NCBI GenBank assembly: GCA_051362555.1
Contig: CM120647.1
Location: 7,564,001-7,628,000 of the forward strand
Source of the DNA: Lingula anatina
Lineage: Eukaryota; Animalia; Brachiopoda
Reading direction: 5' to 3'
Length of the DNA: 64,000 nucleotides
The notes beneath the pieces are model-generated. The model had not been told where the DNA came from and searched no databases. It saw nothing but the letters and a program-made list of their open reading frames with translations. Of the stretch, positions 1 to 13,968 are shown piece after piece. Every line of letters starts with the position of its first letter. Position 1 is the first letter of the stretch. Position numbers and translations under genes: made by a program.

Positions 1-502
1 TCTCGAAAGGGCATTGCTGATACAAGCAGACTACCCCGGCTCACATGAGACGTGCAGGGAATGCATTTTAAAGTATGACATACTGAAAAAAAACAACTTG
101 TCTACATGTTCGTGCAAAGTCAAATGTGTATATGAAGTTTATTGTGCTTGTTCACTGGTCCACAGGGTTTTTGTACGGATTTGTGTATGTGTGTGTGTGG
201 GGGGGGGGGGGGGGGGGGGGATGCAACGTTAGGAAAACTAAAGTTGAGACGAGGAAAATGGTATTTTGTTTTGCCATAAAATCTATGGCACAGGATTACC
301 CGAATGTTTTTGGGTTTTGCTCCTTCAACCTTTATTTATTTATATATTTATTTATTTAAGTATTTTATTTTATATTATTTTAAGGGGGGAAGTGGTTGCT
401 CAAAATCTGTCAAATCAAACCTCAAATCCAGACATTTGGCAATGCACTTTTTGTTTCACTCCACTATTTGGGTTTGAACAAAACTCCTCATTTATCCTCA
501 GT

Positions 503-1010
503 ATGAAGATTGTGGCCGTGGTGTTAACATTGGTGGTCCTTGTTAGCCTCTCTTCGGCACAGCTGACCTTGTATCCTCGCCCCAACAAAACAAGTGGTAA
601 GTATATAACTCTCTTCACTTTCCTTCCTTCCCATTTTTCTCTTTTTACCCTGTCCCACCTACTCCATTCTTATCTCTCCCATCTTTATTAGACTTAAAAT
701 GACTATTTAAGGGCTTAATTACAATTAAATTGCAACAAAAAAGACCAAAAAAAATAATGTGATTTATTTAAAAAATATCTGGGACCTTTTCTTGTTATTA
801 TTCTCTATATTACTTGTTTTAGGTTGTCCTGGAAACCTGGTACTCACTAAACATTGCGACAGGGTTTGTGCCAAAACATGCGCTCAACCTGTCCTCGGAA
901 TGTGTTATTTCCTGTGTTGGAGAGGTTGCGTTTGCCCCAAGGACCGCCCTATCGTCCTGGATAAGGAAACCTGGACATGCGGAAGGCTGGCTGACTGCCC
1001 TGCACAATAA
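503..1010 (+). CDS. Secreted TIL-domain (trypsin-inhibitor-like, 10-Cys) peptide, TIL-1, 93 aa, 2 coding exons (503-596, 823-1010)
   Basis: Exon 1 encodes a signal peptide (MKIVAVVLTLVVLVSLSSA), followed by a phase-1 intron G|gtaag...tttag|GT. Exon 2 reads CPGNLVLTKHCDRVCAKTCAQPVLGMCYFLCWRGCVCPKDRPIVLDKETWTCGRLADCPAQ*, with 10 Cys in TIL spacing (C-x9-C-x3-C-x3-C-x7-C-x3-C-x3-C-x-C-x14-C-x5-C). Confidence 0.9.
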
Positions 1011-1950
1011 ATTGACACTTTTTGAAAGTTTTGCCCATTTTCTGTAGGATCTAAGGTAAAGCTGTAGATTGAGCGTGGCTCATGATCAGCAAATACACAT
1101 TTGAAACTTGTTGGAATCTTTTTTGTTGTTGTTGGCGTATCATATGGTTAAATAATGTGAATGATAAAAATTTGATTCGTTTTTGCGTTAATAGCTTCCA
1201 ACGGGGAATAAACACAGATGAAACGTTAACTTTGTCTACATTTTTTAAAATGTATATCATTAAAAAGATTCTGTTTAGGCAAATTGGTTCGCCTTTTGAA
1301 CTTCTTATTTGCCAAGCAGCCTTCTTGAATAGGGTCGTTTCGGGTGATTATTTGTTTATTTGTTAATGTTGTTATAGAATTGTCATTTTCATCATAATTT
1401 CCTTTTTGTTTAATAGAAAAAACATCTGCCAAAGTTTCGAGAAGTCATTGTTAATTATCTTTTTGAAATAAACTACCGATAGAACAGGGCTTCTCCGTAC
1501 GTATCAATAAGAACCTTGCCCTGAATCGTGACAGTTTTATTATTATTATTTATTTACTTATTTATTTTTATAAGTTAAAAGTACATAGGATTAATCAACG
1601 TAGATTACACAACTTCAAAGCAAATGTAAATTGTTATACCCGGCAAAGGCGGTGACGACGCGTTGGCTAAGCATTATACTTGTAGCTTCTTACATTAATA
1701 ATGGCGCTATAGGGATATTAAAATAATAAATAGTAAAATAAATATTAAAATATCCAGATTAATGCTGACATCAATCTTACTGTATTTGTGCCAATGTAAC
1801 CGAACGGTTGTACAATTGTGTCAGTCACATGAACCGATTACTTACTAGTATAATAAAAAGTACACAAAAAAAGACTTTTCCTGGAGCAAACGACAATTTC
1901 CCCATACTAACCAATGGTAAATGGATCAATGCCGAAATTTAAAGTGAGTC

Positions 1951-2002
<52 letters not shown>

Positions 2003-2578
2003 ATTCTAAAAAGTTTGGATTTTTTGATGTTTGGAAAATTTGAAAAGTTTGGGTGTAATAATCACTTAAAAGGTTATTACAGAGGGTAGCTATGTGTGGA
2101 GATCACGTGGTCTGATGGAAGCATAGATTCCAGAATAATTGCACTAAATGTCGTTTTGGTGGTAATATTTTTTAATATTTCTAGCAGTTTTTTTCCACTT
2201 TGTTAATCGTGCAATATGAATATCATACCAATAGTTATCCCTTAATTTCAACGAATCTTTGACTGTTTACAAGCGTGTTGCAGAACAGAACGCAGCCATT
2301 TTGTAAACTTCGACAAATCATTGGGTAGAGAGAGACGTTCTTCCATTTTGTTGCATTGGTAAGGGTTAGCCTGGCATAATTGGGTTAAAATCAAGGGCCA
2401 TTCTTTCCTGTACACGCTTTCCGTCATGGAGGACTCTCTGTCATGGGGTCACACCTGTGGCAACTCAAAATTAGTTCACCTGAAGAAGACTTTGTCATTT
2501 AAGGTCGAAACATCGCGATTTTCGTTTCAACGTAAGATCTAGTATTCGATTAAATTTTCTCATTATCTCAGTACAATG

Positions 2579-2609
<31 letters not shown>

Positions 2610-5315
2610 TACCGTTTTATGTTTCTCTTGTAGCTGGGGTTCAGTAGTTACTGCTGGAGATAGTGCTCTAACGCCACGGTGCTGGCAAGACAAAGTGCAG
2701 TAATGACAACACCTGTAGTTTTACCATGGCCCAGAAGTGCCACTCTGTGTGTTAGGGTTAATGTGGCATGACACAGTTTTGGCGGGAAGAAGATTGAATG
2801 CTGTCTTTTTTTTTTTTTTTTTTTTTCTTTTTATGGGCGCTGTTTTGTTACATGAATAAATTATGCAGATTATTGGACTTTTTCTTGAATAGAAAAAAGC
2901 TTATCTTGCTCTGCTGTATAGTGGTTATATTGCGTACTCAGGATTTGGCATACTTTTCAAAAAAAGTCGATTCTACATTTGCAGCTTATTTATAGTTCCA
3001 AAACAGATGTAATTTTAGTTCAGTTTTACGAAAAAAAGAAAGAAAAAACACTGAAATTCGGGTATTTAACTATGTAAAAGCAATGTATATAGCCTATTGG
3101 ACTTTTTCTTGAATAGTAAAAAAGCTTATACGTCCGTTCATTGTGCATTTCAAGGGATAATAGCGTCGTTTTGCTGGAAATATGCCATAAAACAGACTTT
3201 CCTCGGGTAAACGACGACTTTCCCCTTTTTGTCAATGGCTAATAAATCCCTTCCGATCTTTAAAGGTCTATGTGGTCTGTTGGCAAGGACAGATTTCAAA
3301 ATGATTGCGATAACCGCTGTATTGGTGGTAAAATGGAATTTGTTATATTTTGTGTGTTGTTTACAAGGTATTTATTGCTAAAATTTGAATCCCATATGAA
3401 GAGTTGTTTTCCCTTTATAGTCTTTTAAGGCGCAGGTGACCCTCGATATCATTTTAAACCGTTTCCATTTTCGAGAGTATCATTTTTGTATATAGATTTT
3501 GCTAAAAGAGGTATAAATTAATAGATACAGGTATTGAAGACAGCTAACCACACAAAATGTGCCAAATTTTAATAAGTCGTCAGAAATAGGCATAACTCTT
3601 TGTCTTTTCGGAACAATGTGTATCCTCTAACCAACAGGAGAGCCTATATTACCGGTAGTAAGGCTAATTTGACCCTGACTTTTCTGTAGGGACTGACTTG
3701 GTTCTTTAGCAGTATTCACTCGGGCTGTTCTACCTCTCCTATAAAGGTTACAGTCAAGGTCACAAGGGAGTAGATGTCAATTTGACTGCTCCTATTGGCT
3801 GGCCAACTGACCACATTGATAGGGAAATATTTCCAGTCTATATGTTACAAATCACGGCATATTGGCAAGGTATATGAAGTTACCGGACCCAAAAGTAATT
3901 ACTTTGGGATATATGGGATTTAAATTTATTTATATTTATTTTTCACTCGCAAAATTGAAAAAGCATACAAATTTCCAAGTGTATTTTCCTGCCAGACCTT
4001 ACAGACTTTTAGCAGACAATACAAATGTACATTTGCTCTTCGAAACTCTCGGCTCATATCCTATATACCGGTCCAGACTGTATTTATATAACAGCACGAA
4101 AGCAAGACACTTATGTTAAAACTGTTGGCAGTTTTACCAGTCTTCCCTAATCGCGAAATTTTATGTCGAAATCTGGAGAAGATCCACCGTTCTCTTGTTT
4201 TAGGATAAAGAAGCTGATAACAGCTCACTTTGCCACTCAGGTGTAACACCTGAATATGCTATATGCTATCATATGACTCTGGGTCACATTTACCTCCACT
4301 CAGACCAAAGATACTCAGACCAGACTCAGACCAGACATAGGGTGTAACTCTAGTGTTTTCTCGTCTAAGACTCCACATTTACGTAAGTTTCATTTCAATT
4401 TCAAATATTTATTTGATAAGGACAATTGTTTTATTTGTAAGGAATATTGTAGGGTATTTTTCGTTTTTTATAAGGGATTTTGTACTGTTTTTTTTTCTAG
4501 TGATCAGCAATACTACAGTACAATGTATTGCAGTGCTGTTTTAAAATAAAGACAAAAAAAAGCCAGTCGCAAAACCTACCCAGATACAGTTATACACGGT
4601 CAGTAGTTGGGACTTTTTTTCCAGTGAGAAAAAAATGTTTACTGAATTTAAAACTCGGCTTGAGCCTTGAGTGTAGGTTGTTTCATTCCTCATATTTCAA
4701 TATTTAATTGTGGCATTGTATTTCTCCATACATAGGTATTAATAAATATACCCCACAAGGGAGTGCAATTAATGTAACATATAACTGTTTGTCTCCAAAT
4801 GCAATTGTTCAGTAGAAGCTACAAACAGCTATTTTAACCTATTCACATCCATCGGATACTGAGTAATTTTTACAAGGTCCTTGGACGAATAAAACGAACC
4901 CCAGAACGAATAAAACGCTCGCTTTATTTGTCCAAACAAGGTTTAATATGCCATTGTATTTTTCAACATCTTATTTCACCAACGGGTAATTACGACCTAT
5001 TGCCGTATAAAATTACACCGGCACCATCCTGCAATTTCCGTATTATTATTCCAAGCAAATAGATATGCAATTTCGAAAACGGTGAAACGTTTCGACTCGG
5101 CGCTAATATTAGATGTTACATAAATATAATACTAATATTTGATGTATCTCGATCAAAAAAAAATGTTACTCATTTCCCGGCGGTTATGTATTTTTTTTCA
5201 ATTTGGAGAGAGAATTTCAATTGTTGGTTCTAAATAAGCTAATTTGGAATAATGTAGTGAATGATCAGTTATGTTGTAGTCGACTTAATGTGGACGGTTA
5301 TCATCTTTGGATAGA

Positions 5316-5403
5316 CTATTTAACAACAGTACTCTGGAGCTCTCTGTATGATCAACATTGTCATTGTCGCTGGTTATTGTAAAGAAGACAAGTCAAGGTA
5401 ATG
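5316..5403 (+). promoter_or_regulatory. Candidate TATA-like box and 5' non-coding exon of TIL-2
   Basis: TATTTAA is followed ~75 nt later by the donor AAGTCAAG|gtaatg. Both motifs are conserved in the paralogous upstream region of TIL-1' (~56328-56415). The coding exon is preceded by a pyrimidine tract and cag|TATG acceptor. Confidence 0.5.
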
Positions 5404-5562
5404 TGGTGTACAAAGGGAAGTCAATGGGCTATATACATTGCTTTTTCATAATTCAATACCCGAATTTAAGTGTTTTTTCTTGATTTTTTTCGTAAAACTG
5501 AACTAAAATCACACCTGTTTTGGAACTATCAATAAGCTACAAATGTAGATTCGACTTTCTTT

Positions 5563-5607
<45 letters not shown>

Positions 5608-6227
5608 AAAAGTATGTCTATTCTATATCTACCGTGCCAGCAGCGCAAGATGCGTACAGTAGGCTATAGTAAATATCACATAGTTGACGAGACAGCCCGA
5701 CGAGGTGAGATTTCTTCGGGTTCCATCTCAAAGGAGCACTTGCTGATACAAGCAGCTGACCCCGGAACGTGTATAGAATGCATTTTGAAGTATGACATGC
5801 TGAAAAAAACAACTTTTCTAAATATTCGTGCAAAGTCAAATTTGCATTTGAGGTTGCATGTACTGTTCACTGATTCACAAGGATATTGTACTTGGCCTGG
5901 GGGGGGGGGGGAGGGGGAGGGGTAAGACGGAGGCAAATGGCATTTTCTTTTGCCTTGAAAAATATGGCACAGGAATACCCGAATTGTTTGGTTTGGCTCC
6001 TTTTAACCTTTTATTTATTTATTTGTTTGTTTATTATTTTTCTTTGTTTATTTATTTATTAATTAATTAATTTATTTATTTATTTATTTATTTCATTTTA
6101 CTTTATTTAAAGGGGGGGAGAGATTGCTCAGAAATGGTCAAATCCACCCTCAAATCCAGACATTTGGCACTGAGCACTGTTTCACTCTGCTATTTGGGTT
6201 TGATCATAACTCTTCATTTATCCCAGT

Positions 6228-6948
6228 ATGAAGATTGTGACCGTGTTAATAACCTTGGTTGCCCTTGTTGGCCTCTCTACGGCACGGCTGACCATTTATC
6301 CTCACCCTAGCGAAACTGGTGGTAAGTAACTCTCTTGTCTTTCCTTCCCTCCCATTTTTCCCTTTCTACCCTGTCTCACTTTCCCCCAACCTCCCGCTAT
6401 CTTTAGACTGCATTCCCACAGATTTAGATCGATCCATCTGGATCGACCTAACTCCCAGAGGGTTCACGAAAGTTAATTACCCCCTTACAGCTTTTAGTAG
6501 GCGGGACAGACATTTAAGCCGGCTAAGCTGACAAAAATCTAGTGAGACTCCCCACGGGGATAGATCGATCTAAGATCTGTGGGAATGCAGTCTTTAACTT
6601 TCAATGACGATTTGATAGTAAATGTTGCTTACCAAAGAGTTGAATTTCAATTTAATCACAATAACAAAGATAATATAAATAATTCGACTTAAAATATCAT
6701 CTGAAAGCATTTTCTTGTGATAATTCTCTATACTGTATATATTACTTCTTTTAGATTGTCCAGGCAATCTGGTAATCACTAAACGAGAAGGTTGCGACAC
6801 GGTTTGTGCTAAAACCTGCGCTCAACCTGTCGTCGGAATTTGCTATTTCCTGTGCTGGCGAGGTTGCGTTTGCCCCGAGGACCGCCCCATTGTCCTCGAT
6901 GAGAAAAAATGGACATGCGGCAAGTTGGCTGACTGTCCCGCACAATAA
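6228..6948 (+). CDS. Secreted TIL-domain peptide, TIL-2, 95 aa, exons 6228-6321 and 6755-6948
   Basis: Spliced product MKIVTVLITLVALVGLSTARLTIYPHPSETG|DCPGNLVITKREGCDTVCAKTCAQPVVGICYFLCWRGCVCPEDRPIVLDEKKWTCGKLADCPAQ*. Same intron phase and 10-Cys pattern as TIL-1; not captured as a single ORF in the supplied track. Confidence 0.9.
6406..6592. mobile_element. MITE in the TIL-2 intron (PIF/Harbinger-like, TTA target)
   Basis: TIRs GACTGCATTCCCACAGAT...ATCTGTGGGAATGCAGTC. The duplicate copy at 63148-63362 is flanked by TTA on both sides. Degenerate relatives occur at ~25008-25268 and ~25563-25720. Confidence 0.7.
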
Positions 6949-9900
6949 ATTGATATTTGTTTGAAAGTTTTTCCCATTTTATGTATAGTCTAAGCCAAAG
7001 CTGTAGTTTTTGGTGTGGCTCATGCTCAGCAAATATACATTTGAATCTTGTTGGACTCTTTTCTTGTTGTTGTTTTCGTATCATATGGTTAACTAATGTG
7101 AAAGATAAAAATCTGATTGATTTTTGCTTTTGTTTTATTTCACCAAAATAGCTTTCCAACGGGCAAATACTACATATAAAAGGTTAACTTTGTCTATATT
7201 TTAAAGATTCTGTTTAGGCATACTAATTCGCTTTTACACTTCTTATTAGCGAGACAGTCTCCTTAAAAGAGATCGTCTCGGGTGATTATTTGTTATTGTT
7301 ATTTTAGAGTTGTCATTATCATCACAATTTCCTTCTTGTTTATCAAAATAAAAAATAACACTGTCCAAGTTTCAATAATGTATTGTTAGGTTCCTGTTTT
7401 GAAATAATATATAGATAGAAAAGGGTTTAAGCATGTATGTACAAACCAAGAAGAACCACCTGGCCCTGAGCCCAGACTTTCCTTTCCGTTCGTTTGTATT
7501 AGTTAAAAGTACATATGATTCATCAACTCAGACGGCGCAACTTCAACGCAAAACGCAAATTGTTGTAACACGCATAGGCGGTGACGACACGTTGGCTAAG
7601 CGTGATACTTGCAGGTTTTTACGTAAACGATTGCACAAAGTAAATATTAAAATATTCAGTTTAAGGCTGATTTTAATCTTGCAGTATTTGTGCCAGTGTA
7701 ACGATACGGGACAGGCGACCGAACGGTTGTACAATTACGTCAGTCACATGAACCGATTATTTACTAGCACACGTATGAAAAAGAAGCTACATAGGCACCG
7801 GTACTTCTGTCTTATATTGGCAATGTATTTTAATTGAATTCAATGGACATCCATTGTTTATTTTGGCCAAAAAGTGGATTTTTCTGGAGAAAACGAAGTT
7901 TCCCCATACTTGCTAATGAATCCATTCTGAAATTCAAAGTAAGCCCCTTTTTTGTTCTAAAAAGTTGGAATTTTTGCAATAATCTCTTAAAGGATTATTA
8001 CAGAGGGTAGCCATGTGTGGAGGTCACGTCGTTTGATGGCAAGCATAGATTCCAGAATAATTGCGCTAATTGCGGTAATATTATTAATATTTCTATGAGT
8101 TTTTTTTTTCAGTTTATTAATCGTGAAATATAAATATCACAACAAGAGTTGTTATCCCTTTAAACGAATCTTTGACTGTTTGCAAGTGTTTTGTTTTGGA
8201 CCGAAAACAACAACCTCATTCACCTGACCGTGCCATAAAATTTTATTCATAATTTCTTTTTCCCCCAAGTTCAAAGGGCGTCATTAAGGGGTCCTTTTTT
8301 TGCAATCTTGGAGGTCATTTAGGGGCGCCCCGATAAGGGCGATGTAAGCCATCCATTTTAGTATTTATAGCCTAATAGAATTGTGACGAATGATGTGAAG
8401 GTGCACTGTAACGAAAATAATCACTCTGATCATGTAGTTTGTTGATCAGAAACAGAAAAAATGTTTACTGTGCCATAACTTCTCATACATGACTCGTTTT
8501 CAGACAGATGCAGCCCAAGCGTTCCGTACGTAAAGAAATCATCCATCAATGTTGTCGCTTTTGCGTTTGTTATAAATATAAGGTCACAAAGAGAATACGG
8601 CGATAAAGAGGAAAGGACGCAACCCAGAACAAATCCTTTCTATGTTAGTAGATGCTGCGACTATTGCTACGGAAGCAAAAGAAGAAAGCGGCAACCACCA
8701 GTACAGTAAGTAAAATGATTGGAATTGACTGATATACATAAATGGTACTAACAAATTACTTTTAGGAAAAATCAATTTGATGGGTTTTGTCAACGATGGC
8801 CAAATTTCCGAGTTATTACCATGCCAAGATCTCAATGTCTTACTCTGGTTTTCAACTGTTGTTAAAATAATTTATCATTAGAATTGTGAGTACAGCATAG
8901 AGCTGATGAAATCCTTTGCTTGGTTTTAGCTGGACCGTTTTAGGTAGATAAAGAATATATAGTGTTTATGTTTACAGTACATTGCCTTAGCTATCGAAAT
9001 TTACGACAAATATTGTCATTTCTATTATTTTTTCTATCTAAAATTTAGTTTGTCAGAGTTATTTCTATTATAGGGACAGGCATCGACTTTGCAGAAGAAC
9101 ACATAGGCTTTCAGATGCAATGTTTCATGTTTGTTTTCGAATGGCCTATTAGTAATTATTTACAACCATAAAATCACTACAATAAAATTCCAAATAGCAT
9201 GTATAAGTCAAAAAGCACATCATATTCTTAACTTTTCGACTCAAAATAAAGACCCATTTCCATAAACTCTAGTTATCAGTAACAATAGCTTAAATCAGAC
9301 AATTGAGAGGATAAAGTCGCCCAGTCTAAAGTTGTGGGATAAATCATGTATCCTTTAAAATGCTTCTGAAAGGTTTTAAGCTTGGGCCAGGACAACTTCC
9401 ACAAATACGCGATGTCTTGATATAATCGGAAACTACCTCAAGATGTTTAGCACTGTGTATCAGAAACGGCTAATGAAGTAGATGGAAAATAAAGAGATCG
9501 TGCGATTTCTTTCTTGTATACCCCGATTGAACAGTTGTCTTAGAGGATAAAATTTGAGCGTAACACATTTATACAAAACTAAATAAAAAACGAAGAACAA
9601 ACAACTAAATAAAAGGCTGAAATAAATAAAAGAGTTTAAAGAATAGACAATTCAATACTTTTAATTTCATGACCAACGTTCACCTTGTCTAAAACCGTTC
9701 AAAGTTTTGGTAGTTTCTGTGATTCTAATCTTAGTTACCCCCTCTAAATGAGAATGAAGACCGGTGAATTTAAATCGCGGCGGCAAAAATGGAAATTAAG
9801 AACTCGCAACAGAGTTATGGATTGTAGGTATAAGCCGTACATGTACTTCGTTAACTAAAGAAATATATTGAAAACCACAGGAGAAATAACTTGGTGTGCC

Positions 9901-9976
9901 CTTAATCTATTAAAATAATGCAGCTTCTCACATAAGACCCCAGTAAGAGCTGTTATCATGCGGAACACCAATAGTG

Positions 9977-10143
9977 GCATTCAGAACAGTGGACTAACTG
10001 GTCCGAGGGTCAAATATGGCCGAGCCGCTTGACTACTTCCCCACGGGGGATCTATTCAGTATCTATTAGCGGATTAGGCAGCAAGCTTTTTAGCGGATCG
10101 CCATATTTGACCCACGAACTAGTAAGTGCACTGTTCTGAATGC
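9977..10143. mobile_element. Short palindromic MITE-like element
   Basis: Long imperfect inverted repeat GCATTCAGAACAGTG..GGGTCAAATATGGC / GCCATATTTGACCC..CACTGTTCTGAATGC. Confidence 0.6.
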
Positions 10144-10828
10144 GGTCAATAGGTATTTTGAATGTAGATGCTGCCATGTGGACAATTTTACTTTACTGAA
10201 GAGCTTGCACTCCGACACGACGATGTCACATGATACGTACGTGGCAGCTACCTGCAAAAGACCTTGTGCTGCTCAAGTGCAAGCCTTACTTGCATTGCAA
10301 GTAAATGTCACGCGACAAGAAATCGTGTGTCATTGTCAAGATGGAGAGCTAGCTGTTCAGTAAACAAGACAGATAAACTTGGTTGCAAAAGGCCTGTTGC
10401 TTGTGAGCACCTCTTTATAAACTGCAACAATTTGGCAGGCTTTCCCCCTAGTTTATCCCTGTTTACCGACAGCATTTGAGGGAGGGGGGCAATTATGATA
10501 GTTTCCCTGCTCTTGTACTTAATGCTAGAACTACATAAATATGCCTGTAACCTTTTCAAGCGAATAATTAAGACTACTCCGCACGGGAAAAATAGAATGC
10601 AATGAAAAATTTCATTCATATTTTTACCAGCTGACATGTATCTATTCGTTATAAATCAACATTACCACTAAGAACATAGATTAAAATGATTTAAAAAAGA
10701 ATTAAATTAAACCCGCAAATTTCTACAATCAATTATTTCTCCTTTTTTATTACATTTGGGAGTATTTCTGCAGCTGAGAAGTTTTGCACTGAAATGGCCT
10801 CTTGAGGAGTAAATGTTCCCCTTGAAAA

Positions 10829-10880
<52 letters not shown>

Positions 10881-11013
10881 ATCAAGCATAATTTGTAAAG
10901 CCGCCTGTTCTTGTTAATGGAGAACATCAGACACTCAAACTTGACATTCACCTTTATAAGGTCAGTGACTTGGACTCTGACGACCGCGTCACTGAGGACA
11001 CATTCAAAATTAA

Positions 11014-11348
11014 AGGGATAATAACTCTTCGTATGAGATCTATATTTTACAATAAAAACATTGTGAATAACTCATACAAATATAATATATTCTGTTTTAC
11101 CACAGAAATGGCAGTTATAGCTATTATTCTGATATCTGAGCTTGTCTTCAAACCAAGTGACCTCCATTGATGGCTATACTCTGTTATTATCTCTTAAGAG
11201 ATTTTAACAAAAAACTGAACTTTTAGAAAAAAACAGGGACTAATGTTGAATGTAAAAATTGATTCATTAACCATTGGTAAGTATGGGAAAATTGTTGTTT
11301 ACTCCAGGAAAATTCATTTTTTGGCCAAAACGAAGAGTTATTATCCCT
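11014..11348. mobile_element. Kolobok-type MITE (TTAA TSD, AG.. termini)
   Basis: TTAA|AGGGATAATAACTCTTCG ... CGAAGAGTTATTATCCCT|TTAA. Near-identical copies lie at 29208-29545 and, inverted, at 51183-51544. Confidence 0.8.
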
Positions 11349-12622
11349 TTAAGCTACTGGTATAAGACAAATGTGTTAAAATATCCAGGACGCCAACCTT
11401 AAAATAATTATGTGGCACTTGTTTGACTCTTTAAGAACACACTCGTATTCAACAACAAGAACGGATCCACATTCTGTTCTAGAGGTTTAATTGTTTGCGC
11501 GTGTGTGTGTGAGTAGTGAGGGGGAGAAAGACACGTGTACATTTTTAAGCATCACATTTGCTGTCCTAAAAAACAATCTAATGTGCAGCGCAAGACAAAA
11601 GTAATTAGTCATGTCACCCTTGCATCCAACACAACACACTAAAATTATCCTTATCTTCTATTTTATGTTTGCATCGCTTCGCTCGGCATTTTTTCATCCT
11701 TGACCCGTTCCCTCTGTCATGTGCAGGTGCATAGACATTAGGTCAAGGGAGCATCGTGAACAGGTTATGGATGACGTGAGTAAGAAGCATGGTGCCGCAA
11801 AACCGAGTGTTCCACTTCTTCATCGGCATGGCGTGACTGTAAGGACTAGAATGCTCTGTTCTCCAGGGCCTACAGTACATGTACAAAATGGCTACTTACT
11901 CGAAGGGAGGAGCATTTGTGACACATTCCAGATATGTTGCGCTTTTCCTCTTATCGGGTTTGGTAATGGTTATTAAGATACGTGCTTTTATGGGTGTGGT
12001 TTAATGGAAATCGAAGATGGTCGGGTACGTCTGCAAAAGATAATTTTTTTTTCCAAATTAAAACACTGTTTTTATCAATTCCATGTCATATTTAATGATA
12101 ATAATCACACCTTGCGACAAAAATAAAAATAAAATAAATAAATAAAATAAAATAAACAGGTTCTAGTAGGCCTATCAACCAAATTTTTCAACAGGACCTG
12201 ACGTTTGAGGGCGCTAAAAATCAAGCAACATAACCAACTTACGTACTTTACAGGCAAGTATGACCTTATAAGTGTCAGATAACCAAAGCCCGGCTAGGTC
12301 AGGTTCTGTGGATGTGATGTATAAATCGCTGTTTTTGAAAGTCAAAAAGTAGCTTTTGTGAGGGGAGCTTGGCACATGCATCAAAGTTACTTTGTGATAG
12401 TCGGGGTCATCCGAGTCACGTGATTTAGAGCAAATTCAGGCGAGATTTGCGAGATTTTGATGAAAGTGGGGACAGAAAATTGCTGGGTTTACTGAGTTAC
12501 TTTGTTGGTGACTGGTAAATAAATGAAAACAGCAGCCATGCAACGTTGTAGTTTTATCAATTACCATATGTTATATACACGGACTAGGGCTTAATATTTT
12601 TATTTTTTTTATTTTTTGAAAT

Positions 12623-12661
<39 letters not shown>

Positions 12662-13968
12662 CTTGAAGAGGAGATAGAAAAAAACTAAAAAACTGGGACT
12701 ATATTACTTCTTTTTTTGCCCTGAACATAAATACATTCTTCTGGTGGGGAGGTTTTCTGAACTGGGAGTGGCTTAAATCATATTATTTCAGGTGTGGTGA
12801 CTGATTTGCTGGATCAAAAGAGATTAAAAGAGTCAAATGACAAAAATGAAACTAAACTATTTCCACGAATCGTCACTAGATCTTCGTTTCCTTTCAACTT
12901 TAAATAGGTGGACATTTATTATTTTAATTTATTACTTTGTAGTGCCCTCAGCTCCAAATTTTGGCTTCCCTGATTTGACCTAGATTACAATTTTAAAACT
13001 AATACAAAATGTACAACGCTACCGTGTTTATATTGCTCACCATGCAGCCAATTCGGTACGACAACGCTCAAAAGTTGTAAGAATTTATCCACGGATATGT
13101 TTCTGATTATTTTCGCTTATTTTCTTCCGAATTAAAATCTGTCGTATTGTGAAGCAGTACGAATGCACCACGTTTTGCGTGACCGCTTCGAATAAGTTGC
13201 CGTCAGTTATGCCCTTAAATATTGGCGAAATTCCAACTCACCGTCTCCTACAGGACTGCATATAATTCCTCGGTCGTTTTGTTCTCTCCGTGACGTCACG
13301 CGTCAACGATCTCAAATCAGACAAATGGAAATAGGCGAATTGACCTTAACAATTTATATACACGAAACGCATTTACATAGCCTTTTTTTTTCTTATGCAT
13401 TCTTTTCGACGTTGTCTCTCGGTAGCACGGACAGAAAAAGAAGTGTTTTGTAAAAAGTCATGGTGTAAAAACATGTCCTCGACCAAAAGTACATTTTATG
13501 GAAACAACTCTATGTGTAAAATAAATATTAAGAGATGGAAATATCTCTTAATTTTACACGAAAGGAAATGTATGAGCCCAAGTTCGTGTAATCAAACAAG
13601 CAAACCAAAATAACAGTTTTGTCAAAAACAAGAAATCCCCCATCTTGTCATTATGTATTCCCTGTTGAACATGGTGCTTATTCAAAACACAATCCAATTG
13701 TCTCAGGGTCATCAAATGGGCCATTCAGAATAGATGATCAGAGTACTGATGGTCTCCCCGCCTCCACACGCGCCGTTGCTGAAGGAGCCTAGCAATTAAA
13801 CCTCGGACCCGAGATTTAATCATTTTAATGGCGCGTGTGGAGTTGGGTAGACGATCGGGAATCAGCAATACTTCTAACAGTCACGTGGGTTTATTTACAG
13901 CAAACTGAAATAAGGGACACGTCAGAGGCAAGTCTAAATAGTTGAAACCCGGACAAGACAAAACGGTA

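Larger units (their letters stand above)
1..7240 (+). repeat. Copy 1 of a large near-identical direct repeat (copy 2 at 56696-64000)
   Basis: Position 1 (tctcgaaagggcattgctga) matches 56696. Colinearity runs to the window end with only scattered SNPs, microsatellite length changes and small indels (for example ~80 bp present at ~58590-58670 is missing near 1870). Confidence 0.95.

Noticed and set aside
8583-8710. Purine-rich open stretch on the plus strand (GHKENTAIKRKGRNPEQILSMLVDAA...) ending near gtaagt
   Set aside because: No recognisable family, no partner exons and a weak acceptor; it may be a transposon relic.
13289-13300. Perfect CRE-like palindrome CGTGACGTCACG upstream of MCT-a
   Set aside because: A single short motif, possibly inside a repeat, and the transcription start is unknown.
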